From a virus, in the IMG/VR virus record IMGVR_UViG_3300009157_000001, positions 32,001-96,000 of that record: a stretch of DNA of 64,000 bases; one strand, given 5' to 3'. Under the pieces are notes generated by a model. It searched no databases, was not told the DNA's origin, and was given only the letters and a program-made list of their open reading frames with translations. The position numbers were made by a program, and so were the translations under genes. Within the stretch, counting starts at the first letter, position 1. The number at the start of each line of letters is the position of its first letter. Positions 63,410-64,000 of the stretch are shown in pieces.

Positions 63410-63694
63410 ATGCTACTATTCACAGTTACAATCACATGGGAGGCCGTTGCTGGGGTAATTGGCCTTGCTACATTCATCTGGGCTGTATTACGATATGTAA
63501 ACGGCAAAGACAAGAATATTGCTGACCTAAAAGAGAGTTCTGCTCTTGTAGCAATAAACAGTCTGCGAGATGCCTTCAAGAAACTTTCAGATGAATTTGC
63601 CGAGAGGGACAGACAGATTATTATTTTGATGGAACAGCATAACCAGCACCGTAAGGAGATTGATCTGATCTGGAAGAAACTTGAACATGAATAA
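63410..63694 (+). CDS. Holin-like membrane protein
   Basis: One N-terminal TM segment followed by coiled coil. Confidence 0.4.
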   Translation: MLLFTVTITWEAVAGVIGLATFIWAVLRYVNGKDKNIADLKESSALVAINSLRDAFKKLSDEFAERDRQIIILMEQHNQHRKEIDLIWKKLEHE

Positions 63695-63894
63695 CACCCT
63701 CCCCTATCTACTCAACTTGTCCGAACCCAAAGATCACTTTCTCAAGAAGACTTCCAGGTTTAGAAAGAAGTCCTAACTTTATTAATCTCTGTATCAAGAG
63801 ATTATCTATCATCTTCTCAATTATCTTCAAGTAAACTTTGTAGGGTTAAACTTTTGATGTATCTTAGCATCAGAAATTTAAACCTTAAACCAAC

Positions 63895-64000
63895 ATGGAA
63901 GAAACCAAAGCATCTGACCCCCAACCCACTCCTGAACAGATTAAAGAACACAGAGAACTCATGGGAAAATTCTATGAGGAAAACATCCCATTTTTAGAAA
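63895..64000 (+). CDS. Partial CDS (MEETKASDPQPTPEQIKEHRELMGKFYEENIPFLE...)
   Basis: Open to the window end, after an A-rich AAACCTTAAACCAAC leader. Confidence 0.6.
   Translation, partial: MEETKASDPQPTPEQIKEHRELMGKFYEENIPFLE

Noticed and set aside
1-64000. TAG stop-codon reassignment, as in some crAss-like phages, explaining the TAG in the TRs
   Set aside because: Long genes are intact in the standard code and several end at TAG (for example 28671-29201)

Overview
64 kb of a large AT-rich, strongly CpG-depleted dsDNA phage, most likely a Bacteroidota (crAss-like or related) phage, based on TAnnTTTG promoter boxes and the gene content. Bases 1-58.1 kb are almost all on the minus strand. This arm holds a replication module (family B DNA polymerase, primase, DnaB, SF2 helicase, resolvase, exonuclease, UDG, clamp-like protein), a MoxR-AAA+/vWA cluster, a glycosyl/methyltransferase cluster, a minimal HisRS, ClpS and about 60 small accessory genes. 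After a G-rich strand switch at about 58.7 kb, plus-strand genes begin (GIY-YIG endonuclease, virion-like proteins). The main finding is an unusual diversity-generating retroelement (DGR). One RT, split by a frameshift in a G8 run, is flanked by two different target+template-repeat cassettes. One of the templates also serves a third target 23 kb away. There is no recognisable Avd, both templates carry an in-frame TAG where the targets have Trp, and the substitutions are strongly A-to-G. The targets are small non-tail proteins, and two of them share an N-terminal helical motif with three proteins of the AAA+/vWA cluster. Other notable features are three tRNA-like RNAs with expanded arms, several islands of structured non-coding sequence, and two expanded paralog families marked by short terminal peptide tags. 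All family assignments are from motif recognition by eye; no database searches were run.
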